Positions 9,814-18,904 are shown, numbered from the stretch's first letter. The stretch is 32,000 nt of DNA from Promethearchaeia archaeon (GCA_046497275.1 JAWOFX010000001.1:305-32304), one strand, 5' to 3'. Translations and numbers: made by a program. Notes: a model not told the origin generated them from the letters alone.

Positions 9814-10182
9814 TATTGTCTTCCTTTTAATTTAATAATAATATTTGATATTTTTAGTAATATTAAAAAACTATTTAATTTAAATTTTTAAGTTCTTGAT
9901 TTGAGAACTCTTAAAAGTATCTAAGATTGATTTTAACAATTTTAATTGTTGATTATCTAATATATTATAGGATTAAGGCAGGATTATGAGTTTCAATTTA
10001 AACTTGCATAGATTTGAAATCAAGATGTCCTAAAAACATGGGAGATTTTCAATACTTAAAAATTGGTTTGATTAGATAAAGGAAAATCTTAACTTTTAAA
10101 ACAGTAAAATATTAAATTTTAAAATAATTCACTTATAAGAGAATATGCTTTTTATTAAAGAGTATGAAGTTGAAACTTAGCT

Positions 10183-11655
10183 ATGATTTTCCAAGGTTTA
10201 TACAATATATTAGATCTATACTTAAATGAAAGTGGAATATTTTATCAAAATGTAGACCAATATATTAAAAAAAATATAGATGATATTCCATTCGATATGA
10301 AGGATATAGATGAATCTTTAGAATTTATTCTAGAAAATTTAAAAGATCAACTAATTGAATTGGGTTTTTCTAAGGTAGAAATAGAAAATAAATTCTCTGA
10401 CCCATTTCTTACTTTCGAGGAAATAGAGAAAAATAAGATAAGATCTGCCTTTGATTTATATAAAGAGAAAATAGCTCCGATATTTTATGAAATTTTGTTG
10501 GAAAAAATTGTTGATTATCTTGTTAATTCTGAAGTTGCTCCACTTATGTTGAATCTAAAATCCCAGGGTTTATTACCTCTTGAATTTATAATGGAACTTA
10601 GAAAATTAAAAACAAAATTGGAGAATAATCCTGAAAAGATGGAAAATCTAAAAAAATATGTTAATATTAAAAATAAGCTCATACAAAAATTTAGGCAGAA
10701 TAAGTGTGAAATTGAAAGGTTAGAAGATATCAGAGACCCAGGAGATAAGCTTCAATTAGTTTATATGATTTATAGAATTATTAATTTTTTTCATTTAGAG
10801 AGATTATTTGATTTTTCGCATATAGAAATTTACTTAGAAAATAATATAGATGAATGGCTTACTTCAGTTCCATTAATTACTTTAAAAAACCCAGATATTT
10901 ACTTCTGCGGTCTTTATTTAGCAACTAATTTGGGAGTTGAAATTGATAAAGAAGAAGTAAAACGCTTCTTATTAGAGTTATACAATGAGTTTATCGATGA
11001 ATTTGACGCACCAATTATAGAAGCGACTGATCAGATTTATTATTTTTACAAATCCATTAAAATGATTAATTTGGATCTTTACGAAGAAGAAATTGAAAAT
11101 TTAATGAGAGCTGATTCTTCTTTTTTCGAAAAAGATTACTTAAGAAGTTTAGAAACTTCACAACTCGTAGTTATTTTAAAATTATATAAATTATTAAGAT
11201 TTTATGAAAAAATTGACAATTTAAAGATTAAAGCGATTTTAGATGAGATAAATAAACGAATTACACCAGAGGGAATTCTTCAATATAGAGATGGCATAAT
11301 ATCATCTGAGGCATCCTATTATGTATTATTTAATGCATATATGAGAGATGAATTAGAATACCTTAAGAATTTTAAAATTTTAAATAGTGTTGTTGAGAGA
11401 ATTTATAGGAATCTAGAAATTATCGATTTTTGTAGGAATACTAATTTTGATTTAGTGAGTGAAATTTTTTATTCTTGTGAAAGCTTAAAACTCTTTAATT
11501 GTATTGAAACAAAAGAAATGATATTCCATTTAGCACGGTATCTTTTTCCTGAGGGGATTCTTGAGAATGGATTGTTTAAGAGGGGGATTGACAGAAAAGC
11601 AGCAAAGTTTCGTCATCTAAAAGTAAATAAGTTGACAGGGCAGACTATCTACTAA
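10183..11655 (+). CDS. Hypothetical all-helical protein; C-terminal half possibly a degenerate prenyltransferase/alpha-alpha toroid repeat
   Basis: 490-aa ORF with typical host composition. Spaced segments (IYFCGLYLA, TDQIYYFYKS, QYRDGIISSEASYYVL, SEIFYSCESL) weakly resemble prenyltransferase repeats. Confidence 0.6.
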   Translation: MIFQGLYNILDLYLNESGIFYQNVDQYIKKNIDDIPFDMKDIDESLEFILENLKDQLIELGFSKVEIENKFSDPFLTFEEIEKNKIRSAFDLYKEKIAPIFYEILLEKIVDYLVNSEVAPLMLNLKSQGLLPLEFIMELRKLKTKLENNPEKMENLKKYVNIKNKLIQKFRQNKCEIERLEDIRDPGDKLQLVYMIYRIINFFHLERLFDFSHIEIYLENNIDEWLTSVPLITLKNPDIYFCGLYLATNLGVEIDKEEVKRFLLELYNEFIDEFDAPIIEATDQIYYFYKSIKMINLDLYEEEIENLMRADSSFFEKDYLRSLETSQLVVILKLYKLLRFYEKIDNLKIKAILDEINKRITPEGILQYRDGIISSEASYYVLFNAYMRDELEYLKNFKILNSVVERIYRNLEIIDFCRNTNFDLVSEIFYSCESLKLFNCIETKEMIFHLARYLFPEGILENGLFKRGIDRKAAKFRHLKVNKLTGQTIY

Positions 11656-11768
11656 ATCGTATTAGTTTTTCTTCTAAATTTTTCCCGGTTATTAAATTCT
11701 ATAAACAAAATCTTAATTTAATTAAAATAATTTTATAAATCACTTAAATTGAAAGAAGATGTGGTATA

Positions 11769-13259
11769 GTGAAGTTTGAAGATTTTGAACTAATTTATAA
11801 AGAGAATCGGGCTGAGATCAAAAATAAAGAAGAGATTCTAAAAGATTTAAAAGAAAAGATTGGAAAGAAAAATGTTTCAACTAATGAAATAGATCGAATG
11901 GCATACACCAGAGATTCATCGCTTATTTCATTAAATTGGACCATAGAAGGAAAAATTGCGGGACTACCTGATATTATTACATGGCCAGAAAATTCGAATC
12001 AAATTAGTGAAATATTAAAAATAGCAAATAGAGAAAAAATTCCTGTAGTTCCTTTTGCTGAAGGTTCTGGGGTTGTTGGAGGAGCGATTCCCATTAGAGG
12101 TGGAATAATAATCGATATGAAAAGATTAAATAAAATTATTGAAATAAATGATAAAAATCTATCTGTAACTGTTCAAACGGGAATGAATGGTATGAATTTA
12201 GAGAGATATTTAAACTCTAAGGGATATACGGGAGGACATATCCCCCAGTCATTATATACATCATCAGTAGGGGGGTGGATCGCTCATAAAGCAGCAGGAC
12301 AATTCTCTACTAAATATGGTAAAATCGAGGATATTATTTTAGGCATGCAAGTTATTTTATCAACTGGAGAGATTATAAATTTTGATCCTATAGCGAGATC
12401 CGCAACGGGTCCTCAACTTGATAAATATTTTATTGGTAGTGAAGGTACTTTAGGAATCGTTACGCAGGCGACCCTTAAAATTTGGCCCTATCCAGAAAAG
12501 AGAACCCTTATTTCATATGTTTTTCCAAAAATAGAGGATGCTTTAGACGCAGTCCGTTTAACTTTACGAGAGAATGTTTATCCTGCTGTAGTGAGAATTT
12601 ATGACGCTGATGAAACAGCAAGACATTTTAAACATATAGAAAAAGCCACAGATAAAGTGATGACCGTTTTTGTTTGCGAAGGTAATAAAGAATTAGTTGA
12701 TTTAGAAGAAAAAATTACACGGGAAAAATGTAACGAACGATCTGGTGTGGATTGTGGAGAAGAACCAGTAGAACATTGGTTTGAAACACGATTCAAAGTA
12801 ACTGAAACTTCTATGTTTCCACCATATAAAATCGTTGCTGATACCATTGAAGTCTCAATAATGTGGGATAAAGCTTCTGAATTATATCATTCTGTAATTG
12901 GATCCACAAGTAAGGTGGAAGGTAATTTATTAATTACTGCTCATGTCTCTCATTTTTATCCAAATGGAGCTGGTTTTTACTTTACTTTTGGAGGTGTTCC
13001 CGGTAAAGGAAAATCTGAATTTGATTTCTATAAAGAATGTTGGGATGCTACAATTAAAGCAGTTTTGGATTCTGGTGGTTCTATTGCACATCATCATGGA
13101 ATAGGAGTCAATCGTTCTCACTGGATGGAAAGGGAATGGGATAATGGGTATGAAGTAATGAAAGAGTTTAAGAAAGTTCTTGATCCAAATAACATTCTTA
13201 ATCCAGGAAAAATATATGAAAAAACATGGAAAAAATCAACAGATGGAGGTGGTGATTAA
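11769..13259 (+). CDS. FAD-binding oxidoreductase (VAO/PCMH family), alkyl-dihydroxyacetone-phosphate synthase-like
   Basis: PFAEGSGVVGG FAD loop, GHIPQSLYTSSVGGWIAHKAAGQFSTKYGKIED, IGSEGTLGIVT, PAVVRIYD, HVSHFYPNGAGFYFTF, SIAHHHGIG, LDPNNILNPGK. These match the AGPS/YgcU subfamily rather than GlcD. Confidence 0.85.
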   Translation: MKFEDFELIYKENRAEIKNKEEILKDLKEKIGKKNVSTNEIDRMAYTRDSSLISLNWTIEGKIAGLPDIITWPENSNQISEILKIANREKIPVVPFAEGSGVVGGAIPIRGGIIIDMKRLNKIIEINDKNLSVTVQTGMNGMNLERYLNSKGYTGGHIPQSLYTSSVGGWIAHKAAGQFSTKYGKIEDIILGMQVILSTGEIINFDPIARSATGPQLDKYFIGSEGTLGIVTQATLKIWPYPEKRTLISYVFPKIEDALDAVRLTLRENVYPAVVRIYDADETARHFKHIEKATDKVMTVFVCEGNKELVDLEEKITREKCNERSGVDCGEEPVEHWFETRFKVTETSMFPPYKIVADTIEVSIMWDKASELYHSVIGSTSKVEGNLLITAHVSHFYPNGAGFYFTFGGVPGKGKSEFDFYKECWDATIKAVLDSGGSIAHHHGIGVNRSHWMEREWDNGYEVMKEFKKVLDPNNILNPGKIYEKTWKKSTDGGGD

Positions 13260-13261
13260 AA

Positions 13262-14617
13262 ATGGGGATATTTGATACTTTAAAAAAATATAAATGGATG
13301 CTTCCACTAATTCAAGACGCTGAAAGAAATGTGAGACGTAAGTTATTAAAAAATGTAAGAAAGAAAAAAGAAAATTTTTATCCCGAAGGCGAGTTTCATG
13401 CTGATATTAAGAATCTGATAAATTGCATGCTTTGCCCTAATATGTGTCGTTTTGATTGTGGAGTATTACAAGCTTCGGAAAATGAAGCACTATCTCCGGC
13501 TTATAAATCAAGAATAGGTTACTTTCTGACAACAAATAAAATAGATCCCTCTGATCCAAAAAATAAAGAATTTGTTGATTTGATGTACAAATGTTCAAAT
13601 GAAGAAAATTGTAAAATATGGTGTCCATTTGAATTTTCCGTTGTATCTCTGCTTGAGACGGTAAGAGATGATCTTAATGATAAAGGATTAATGCCCGAAT
13701 ATTGTAAAAAACAAATCAAAAAACTCCAAGATACAGGCACTATTGAGGATTATAATATTTTTAAAACCTATAAGGAAAAAGGTATCGAAAATATTGAAAC
13801 GGAAGGAGATGATGATGTTTTTTATTATATTGGGTGCCAAACTATGAAGTTTCCGGAAGTTGTAAAGGCGAACATAGAGTTTCTAAAGAAAGCAGGGATA
13901 AAATTCTCAACAAATTTAGATCAGAGAGTGTGCTGTGGGGCTCCAGCTCTTAACATTAGAGATTTTGAAACTAGTAAAAATCTTGCAGAAAATAATCTTG
14001 ACCTCATTAAAAAAAGCGGTGCAGAAATTGTTGTTTCTGACTGTCCCGGATGCGTGAATTCACTCAAAAATCGATATCAAAAATTTGGCATTGGAATTGA
14101 AATTGAAAAACAAAAACAAGGAGAGAATGAAGAAGAAGCTGAGGAGAAAACTGAAAAAGTGATTAAAAGTTATTTTGAGGAGGGACCCAAGATAATTCAT
14201 ATCGTAGAATATATAAAAATATTAGTTGAAGAGGGCAAGTTAACGTTTGAAGAACTTCCAGAGAAATATCAGAAAGTCACAATTCACGATCCTTGTCTTT
14301 TAGCGAGAAATTTAAATGATATCACGTCCATTAGAACAATTTTGGAACATATTCCTAACTTAGAAATTGTGGAACCAATTTATACTAAGGATTACACACA
14401 CTGCTGTGGATGGAGTGGTACGGTTCATTGGGCAGATAAAGAGATTTCTATAAAAGAAGCGGAGAATAGAATAGACGAGCTAAAAGAGACTGGTGCAAAA
14501 ATTATAGTTACCGCTTGTCCAACTTGTGAACTCGGCTTGGCTTATGGCATTAAGGATGAGGATAAAAAAGAGATTGAAATAAAAGATCTATCCGAATTGA
14601 TTAGCAAAGCAATTTAA
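13262..14617 (+). CDS. Fe-S protein with ferredoxin-like region and two CCG domains (GlpC/GlcF/HdrD-like)
   Basis: CMLCPNMCRFDC and CSNEENCKIWCP motifs. CCG domain 1: YYIGC...CCGAP...SDCPGC. CCG domain 2: HDPC...CCGWSG...TACPTC. Starts 2 nt after the flavoprotein stop, with GGAGGTGGTG upstream. Confidence 0.9.
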   Translation: MGIFDTLKKYKWMLPLIQDAERNVRRKLLKNVRKKKENFYPEGEFHADIKNLINCMLCPNMCRFDCGVLQASENEALSPAYKSRIGYFLTTNKIDPSDPKNKEFVDLMYKCSNEENCKIWCPFEFSVVSLLETVRDDLNDKGLMPEYCKKQIKKLQDTGTIEDYNIFKTYKEKGIENIETEGDDDVFYYIGCQTMKFPEVVKANIEFLKKAGIKFSTNLDQRVCCGAPALNIRDFETSKNLAENNLDLIKKSGAEIVVSDCPGCVNSLKNRYQKFGIGIEIEKQKQGENEEEAEEKTEKVIKSYFEEGPKIIHIVEYIKILVEEGKLTFEELPEKYQKVTIHDPCLLARNLNDITSIRTILEHIPNLEIVEPIYTKDYTHCCGWSGTVHWADKEISIKEAENRIDELKETGAKIIVTACPTCELGLAYGIKDEDKKEIEIKDLSELISKAI

Positions 14618-14624
14618 TTCTTAA

Positions 14625-14647
14625 TTTTTTTATAATACTTCCTTTTT
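14625..14647 (+). terminator. T-tract terminator candidate after the Fe-S gene
   Basis: T7 at 14625-14631 and T5 at 14643-14647 just after the stop codon at 14617. Confidence 0.45.
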
Positions 14648-14800
14648 AATTTAATTTTATTAGAAAATAATCCAAATTAATTCAACTCTTTCCAAATTGG
14701 TTAATTTTATAAATTCTTAAACCATTTTTTTGAATGATAAATTTTATTATAATATATAACTTCTTTCAAGTATTATACAATTCAATTAATTTAAGAATGC

Positions 14801-16354
14801 TTGGCGAAAATGGAACAAAAAATATTAATATTAGATATTGGAACTACCAATATAAAAGCTCTCTTATTTAATAAAAAAGGAGAGATTGTTGGTGAAGCTC
14901 GTCGTCGTCCAGATTATATTATGAAAGAAAAAGGGCAAGTAGAGCAAGATCCCAATCAAATTTGGCAGTATAGTAAAGAAGCTATCGAAGAAGTCATCGA
15001 TAAGAATAATTTGAGCGCCTCAGATATAAAGTGTATGGGGATTACCACTCAAAGAGCATCTTTTTGTATATGGGACAGAAGAAATGGAAAATTATATTCT
15101 AATATAATTACTTGGCAAGATAAAAGAGCTGCAAAATATGCTCAAGAAATGTCAAATAGTTTCTTTTTTAAATTCTTGAGAGGGTTTGCAAAAGTTGCAC
15201 ATATGTTGACTAAAAGTACAAAAATGCTTACAGCTTCAATGTTACAATTCAATTCAGATTACGCATCTATAAGAACTTCTTATTTTCTAAAAAATAATCC
15301 CAAATTGAATGAATTAATTCAAGATCCAAAAACTACTATTAGTTGGGGTACAATTGATACGTGGGTACTATGGAATCTTACAGAAGGAAGAGTTTTTGCA
15401 ACTGATTACTCCAACTGCTCCTCAACAGGTATGTTGGATCCTTTTACATTAGATTGGAATTCTATTGTTATCGATAAATTAAAAATACCTCTATACATTT
15501 TACCAGAAATAAAAGATACTAATGGTGATTTTGGAGAGACTAAACTCTTTGGCAGTGGCGAGATCCCTATTCGAAGTGTAGTGGCAGATCAACAAGCATC
15601 TCTATTCGGTCAATGTTGCTTTGATTATGGAGATATGAAAGTCACTAATGGGACGGGTTCGTTTGTAGATTTAAATACTGGAGATGAACCTTTCGCATCT
15701 AAAAGGAAATTATATCCCTTAGTGGCATGGAGATTAAATGGAGAGGTTTCTTATATCTTGGAAGGGCTAAGTCATAACTCAGGAAACATAATAGATTGGA
15801 TAAAAGAGGAACTCGAGCTATATGATGATCCGAGCGAAACTGAAGAGATGGCAAAAAGCGTTGAATCAACTGAAGGAGTATTTTTCCTACCAACATTCAC
15901 TAGTGGACTTTCATTCCCCTACTGGGATCCTTCGGCAAGAGGGAACATTTTTGGAATAAGCTTAAAAACTAAGAAAGAACATATAATAAGAGCTGTTTTA
16001 AATGGTATTTGCTTTAGAATAAAAGATTTTGTTGAAGGTATTATTGCAGATACAGGTATATCAGTCGATAGAATAAAAGCTGATGGAGGTGTGTCCCAAA
16101 ATACCTATGTTCTCCAATTCCTAGCAGATATACTTGATATGGAAGTAGAACATTCTCAGAATCCAGAGACAACAGCTCTTGGAGCTGCTTTTATCGCAGG
16201 ATTAGCAACTAACTTCTGGAATTCTAGAGAAGAGTTAAGGGAAATCAGAAAAATCGATAAAATTTATGAACCACGAATGAGTAAGGAGAGAAGAGAAAAA
16301 CTTTATAACAATTGGAAAGATATCATTCGGCGTTCCCTCAATTATAATTTCTAA
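14801..16354 (+). CDS. glpK: FGGY-family glycerol kinase, GK5-like
   Basis: LDIGTTN, VEQDP, GITTQR, TWQDKR, GTIDTW, TDYSNCSSTG, ADQQASLFG, KVTNGTGSF, ADGG, ETTALGAA. Carries the GK5-type insertion after WQDxR. Start is either TTG 14801 or ATG 14810. Confidence 0.9.
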   Translation: MAKMEQKILILDIGTTNIKALLFNKKGEIVGEARRRPDYIMKEKGQVEQDPNQIWQYSKEAIEEVIDKNNLSASDIKCMGITTQRASFCIWDRRNGKLYSNIITWQDKRAAKYAQEMSNSFFFKFLRGFAKVAHMLTKSTKMLTASMLQFNSDYASIRTSYFLKNNPKLNELIQDPKTTISWGTIDTWVLWNLTEGRVFATDYSNCSSTGMLDPFTLDWNSIVIDKLKIPLYILPEIKDTNGDFGETKLFGSGEIPIRSVVADQQASLFGQCCFDYGDMKVTNGTGSFVDLNTGDEPFASKRKLYPLVAWRLNGEVSYILEGLSHNSGNIIDWIKEELELYDDPSETEEMAKSVESTEGVFFLPTFTSGLSFPYWDPSARGNIFGISLKTKKEHIIRAVLNGICFRIKDFVEGIIADTGISVDRIKADGGVSQNTYVLQFLADILDMEVEHSQNPETTALGAAFIAGLATNFWNSREELREIRKIDKIYEPRMSKERREKLYNNWKDIIRRSLNYNF

Positions 16355-16537
16355 AAATCACTTTTTCCTAATTTTTTTATTATTTAATAATAACACTTCC
16401 AAAATTTTGGATTTTAATATTATTGAATGGTTAGTTTTTTATTGGTATTAAAAGGTTAATTAAAAAATCACAAAATATTTTTTAAATACCATATTTCAAG
16501 AATTATAAGATAATATACATGCTGCAATTCAAAAACG

Positions 16538-17365
16538 ATGCCTTACTTCAAAAATCAAGAGGGTTACAATCTATATTATGAAGAATTCAACCCTCAATCG
16601 AAACGGTGTACAGTAATATTACTCCACGGATTTGCCTCATCTGTATCTTTCTTTAAAGAACAAATAAAAATATTAAAGGAATATTATCGTATCATTTGTT
16701 TTGATGCTTTAGGGCATGGGCGCAGCGATCATACCAAAGAGATTAATTTATCTGGCAATATACGACATCAAATTATTCGAGATCTTGAAGATTTATTAGA
16801 ATATCTGGGGATTAAAGGTCCTTATGGAATTATAGGACATTCATTGGTAGGGGGAATGATTGCTCAACTGATATGTCAAAAACATATGGATGATGTAAAG
16901 TTTCTTATTCTCCTCAATTCAGGTTACATTAACACAGATAATGTTATTCGAAATATTTTCTACAATCTCCTTCCTTATATGGTGAGAATGAATTTTTTAG
17001 ATGTTGTAAATAATTCAATAGGAAACATTTTAGATAAAACAACACCTTATATAGTTCAAGCATTATCAAACTCCTTGTATAATGTGAAAATGTCTAAAGA
17101 AAAATTATTAATGCATATAGAAGATCAGATTTTTGGAATGATAAATGAGATTAAGGAATATGATCCCTCATATATCAAATGTCCGACCCTTATTATCGGA
17201 GGTAGGTTAGATAATTTTGCACCAGAACAAATGTCAGAGAGTTTAGCGGAAAGAATTCCAAATTCGAGATTAGAAATAATTGATATGGCTGGGCATTTTG
17301 GACCTGCCCAGAGAGAAGAAACTTATAATAAAATAATTTGCGATTTTATTCGATCCATTAAGTAA
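16538..17365 (+). CDS. Alpha/beta hydrolase (esterase/lipase-like)
   Basis: LLHGF oxyanion motif, FDALGHGRS, nucleophile GHSLVGG, acid GRLDNFAP, AGHF His. Confidence 0.88.
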   Translation: MPYFKNQEGYNLYYEEFNPQSKRCTVILLHGFASSVSFFKEQIKILKEYYRIICFDALGHGRSDHTKEINLSGNIRHQIIRDLEDLLEYLGIKGPYGIIGHSLVGGMIAQLICQKHMDDVKFLILLNSGYINTDNVIRNIFYNLLPYMVRMNFLDVVNNSIGNILDKTTPYIVQALSNSLYNVKMSKEKLLMHIEDQIFGMINEIKEYDPSYIKCPTLIIGGRLDNFAPEQMSESLAERIPNSRLEIIDMAGHFGPAQREETYNKIICDFIRSIK

Positions 17366-17407
17366 GATCATAACTATTTATGGTTTAAATTATATTTATA
17401 GATCATT

Positions 17408-17779
17408 ATGACTTCAGAAACTCATAATGATTCAAATACAGAATTTTATTTTTTTAAGGATGAAGTTAAAAAATTTGTAGAAGAACGAGGATGGGCAAAG
17501 TATCATACTCCCAAAAATGTGATTCAAGCTATGGGGGTAGAATTGGCGGAATTATCGGAACTCTTTCTATTTAAGGATTTCAAAAAAAAAGAGATAATAG
17601 AAAATCCAGAATTATTTGCTAATATTAAAGAAGAAGTAGCTGATATTTTCATTTATTTAGTAAGTTTTATTAATAGACTTGATTTTGATCTTACTTCAAT
17701 ATTTATAAAGAAAATGCTGAAAAATGAGAAAAAATATCCTATAAATGAGTTCAATGATGGAAAATATTACAAAAAATAA
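17408..17779 (+). CDS. MazG-like nucleotide pyrophosphohydrolase (dCTP pyrophosphatase-like)
   Basis: FVEERGWAKYHTPKN, ELAELSELF, EEVADIFIY, KNEKKYP. Confidence 0.88.
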   Translation: MTSETHNDSNTEFYFFKDEVKKFVEERGWAKYHTPKNVIQAMGVELAELSELFLFKDFKKKEIIENPELFANIKEEVADIFIYLVSFINRLDFDLTSIFIKKMLKNEKKYPINEFNDGKYYKK

Positions 17780-17875
17780 ATCGGAGAGGTTTCTTCTTAG
17801 AGAATAGTAAATAATCATTCATTTAATAGACTATTATTAAAAGATTTTTAATTAATAATACTATTATTTTAAATT

Positions 17876-18853
17876 ATGGTAGCGGATAATATTGATGAAA
17901 TTATCAAAAAACAATTTCATTACACTTTAAATGAGACACATTTTTCTGACTTGGGTGAATTATACAAAGGAAAAGTAAGAGATAACTATATTTTGGATGA
18001 TAAAAGAATTATTATTGCCTCTGATCGTCTTTCCGCATTCGATCGCGTAATTACCACCATCCCTTTCAAGGGACAGATGCTTAACCAAGTATCATCATTT
18101 TGGTTTGAAAAAACGAATAATTTAGTTAAAAATCATCTTATAGAAGTTCCAGACCCGAATGTCTCAGTGGTCCACCAATGCGAAACAATTCCAGTTGAAA
18201 TCATTGTTAGAGCTTATTTAACTGGCACTGCATGGCGAAATTATAAAAAGGGGAAAGCAACTTCTGGTTATATTCTTCCTGAAGGGTTAAGAAAAAATCA
18301 AAAATTAGATACGATTCTTATAACTCCATCTACAAAAGAAGAATCTGGGCATGATATCTATTTACCAGCGCAAGAAATAATTGAAAGGGGAATGGTAGAT
18401 AAAGAAATTTACGACCAGATGGAAGATGCCGCTATGAAGTTGTTTAAATTTGGTCAAGAATATTGTAGCAAAAATGGCTTAATCCTAGTTGATACAAAAT
18501 ATGAATTTGGAATTAAGGATGGAGAACTTATGGTAATTGATGAAATTCACACTCAAGATTCTTCACGATTTTGGATTAAAGATACATATGAAAAAAGATT
18601 TGAAAATGAAAAGGAACCTGAAATTTTAGATAAAGAAATTTTCCGAGGGTGGCTTATGGAAACTTACCCAGAAATATTTCCAAATATTGCACCCGATCAA
18701 GAAATACCCCCTATATCTGACGATATAAAGATTGAACTAGCTAAAAGGTATATGAGGAGCTATGAAAGAATAACTGGTATGCAATTTACTCCCAAAATTG
18801 GGGACGTGGAATCAAGAATCGAATCAAATCTCAAAAAAAATAAATATCTATAA
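17876..18853 (+). CDS. purC: SAICAR synthase (long type)
   Basis: GKVRDNY, SDRLSAFD, EIIVRAYLTG, ITPSTK, ILVDTKYEFG, DEIHTQDSSRFW, LDKE. Confidence 0.95.
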   Translation: MVADNIDEIIKKQFHYTLNETHFSDLGELYKGKVRDNYILDDKRIIIASDRLSAFDRVITTIPFKGQMLNQVSSFWFEKTNNLVKNHLIEVPDPNVSVVHQCETIPVEIIVRAYLTGTAWRNYKKGKATSGYILPEGLRKNQKLDTILITPSTKEESGHDIYLPAQEIIERGMVDKEIYDQMEDAAMKLFKFGQEYCSKNGLILVDTKYEFGIKDGELMVIDEIHTQDSSRFWIKDTYEKRFENEKEPEILDKEIFRGWLMETYPEIFPNIAPDQEIPPISDDIKIELAKRYMRSYERITGMQFTPKIGDVESRIESNLKKNKYL

Positions 18854-18904
18854 AGCCTTAAAAAACGAAAAATTATATTAGTCATTAAATTGTAATTTTT
18901 AATA

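Noticed and set aside
9935-9950. AACAATT-TT-AATTGTT palindrome and 13-15-codon mini-ORFs in the glmM/unknown divergent spacer
   Set aside because: Arms are only 7 bp in AT-rich DNA, and the mini-ORFs are too short to support.
12599-15896. Minus-strand ORFs 12599, 12930, 13437, 13519, 15699
   Set aside because: Shadows of the flavoprotein, Fe-S and kinase genes.
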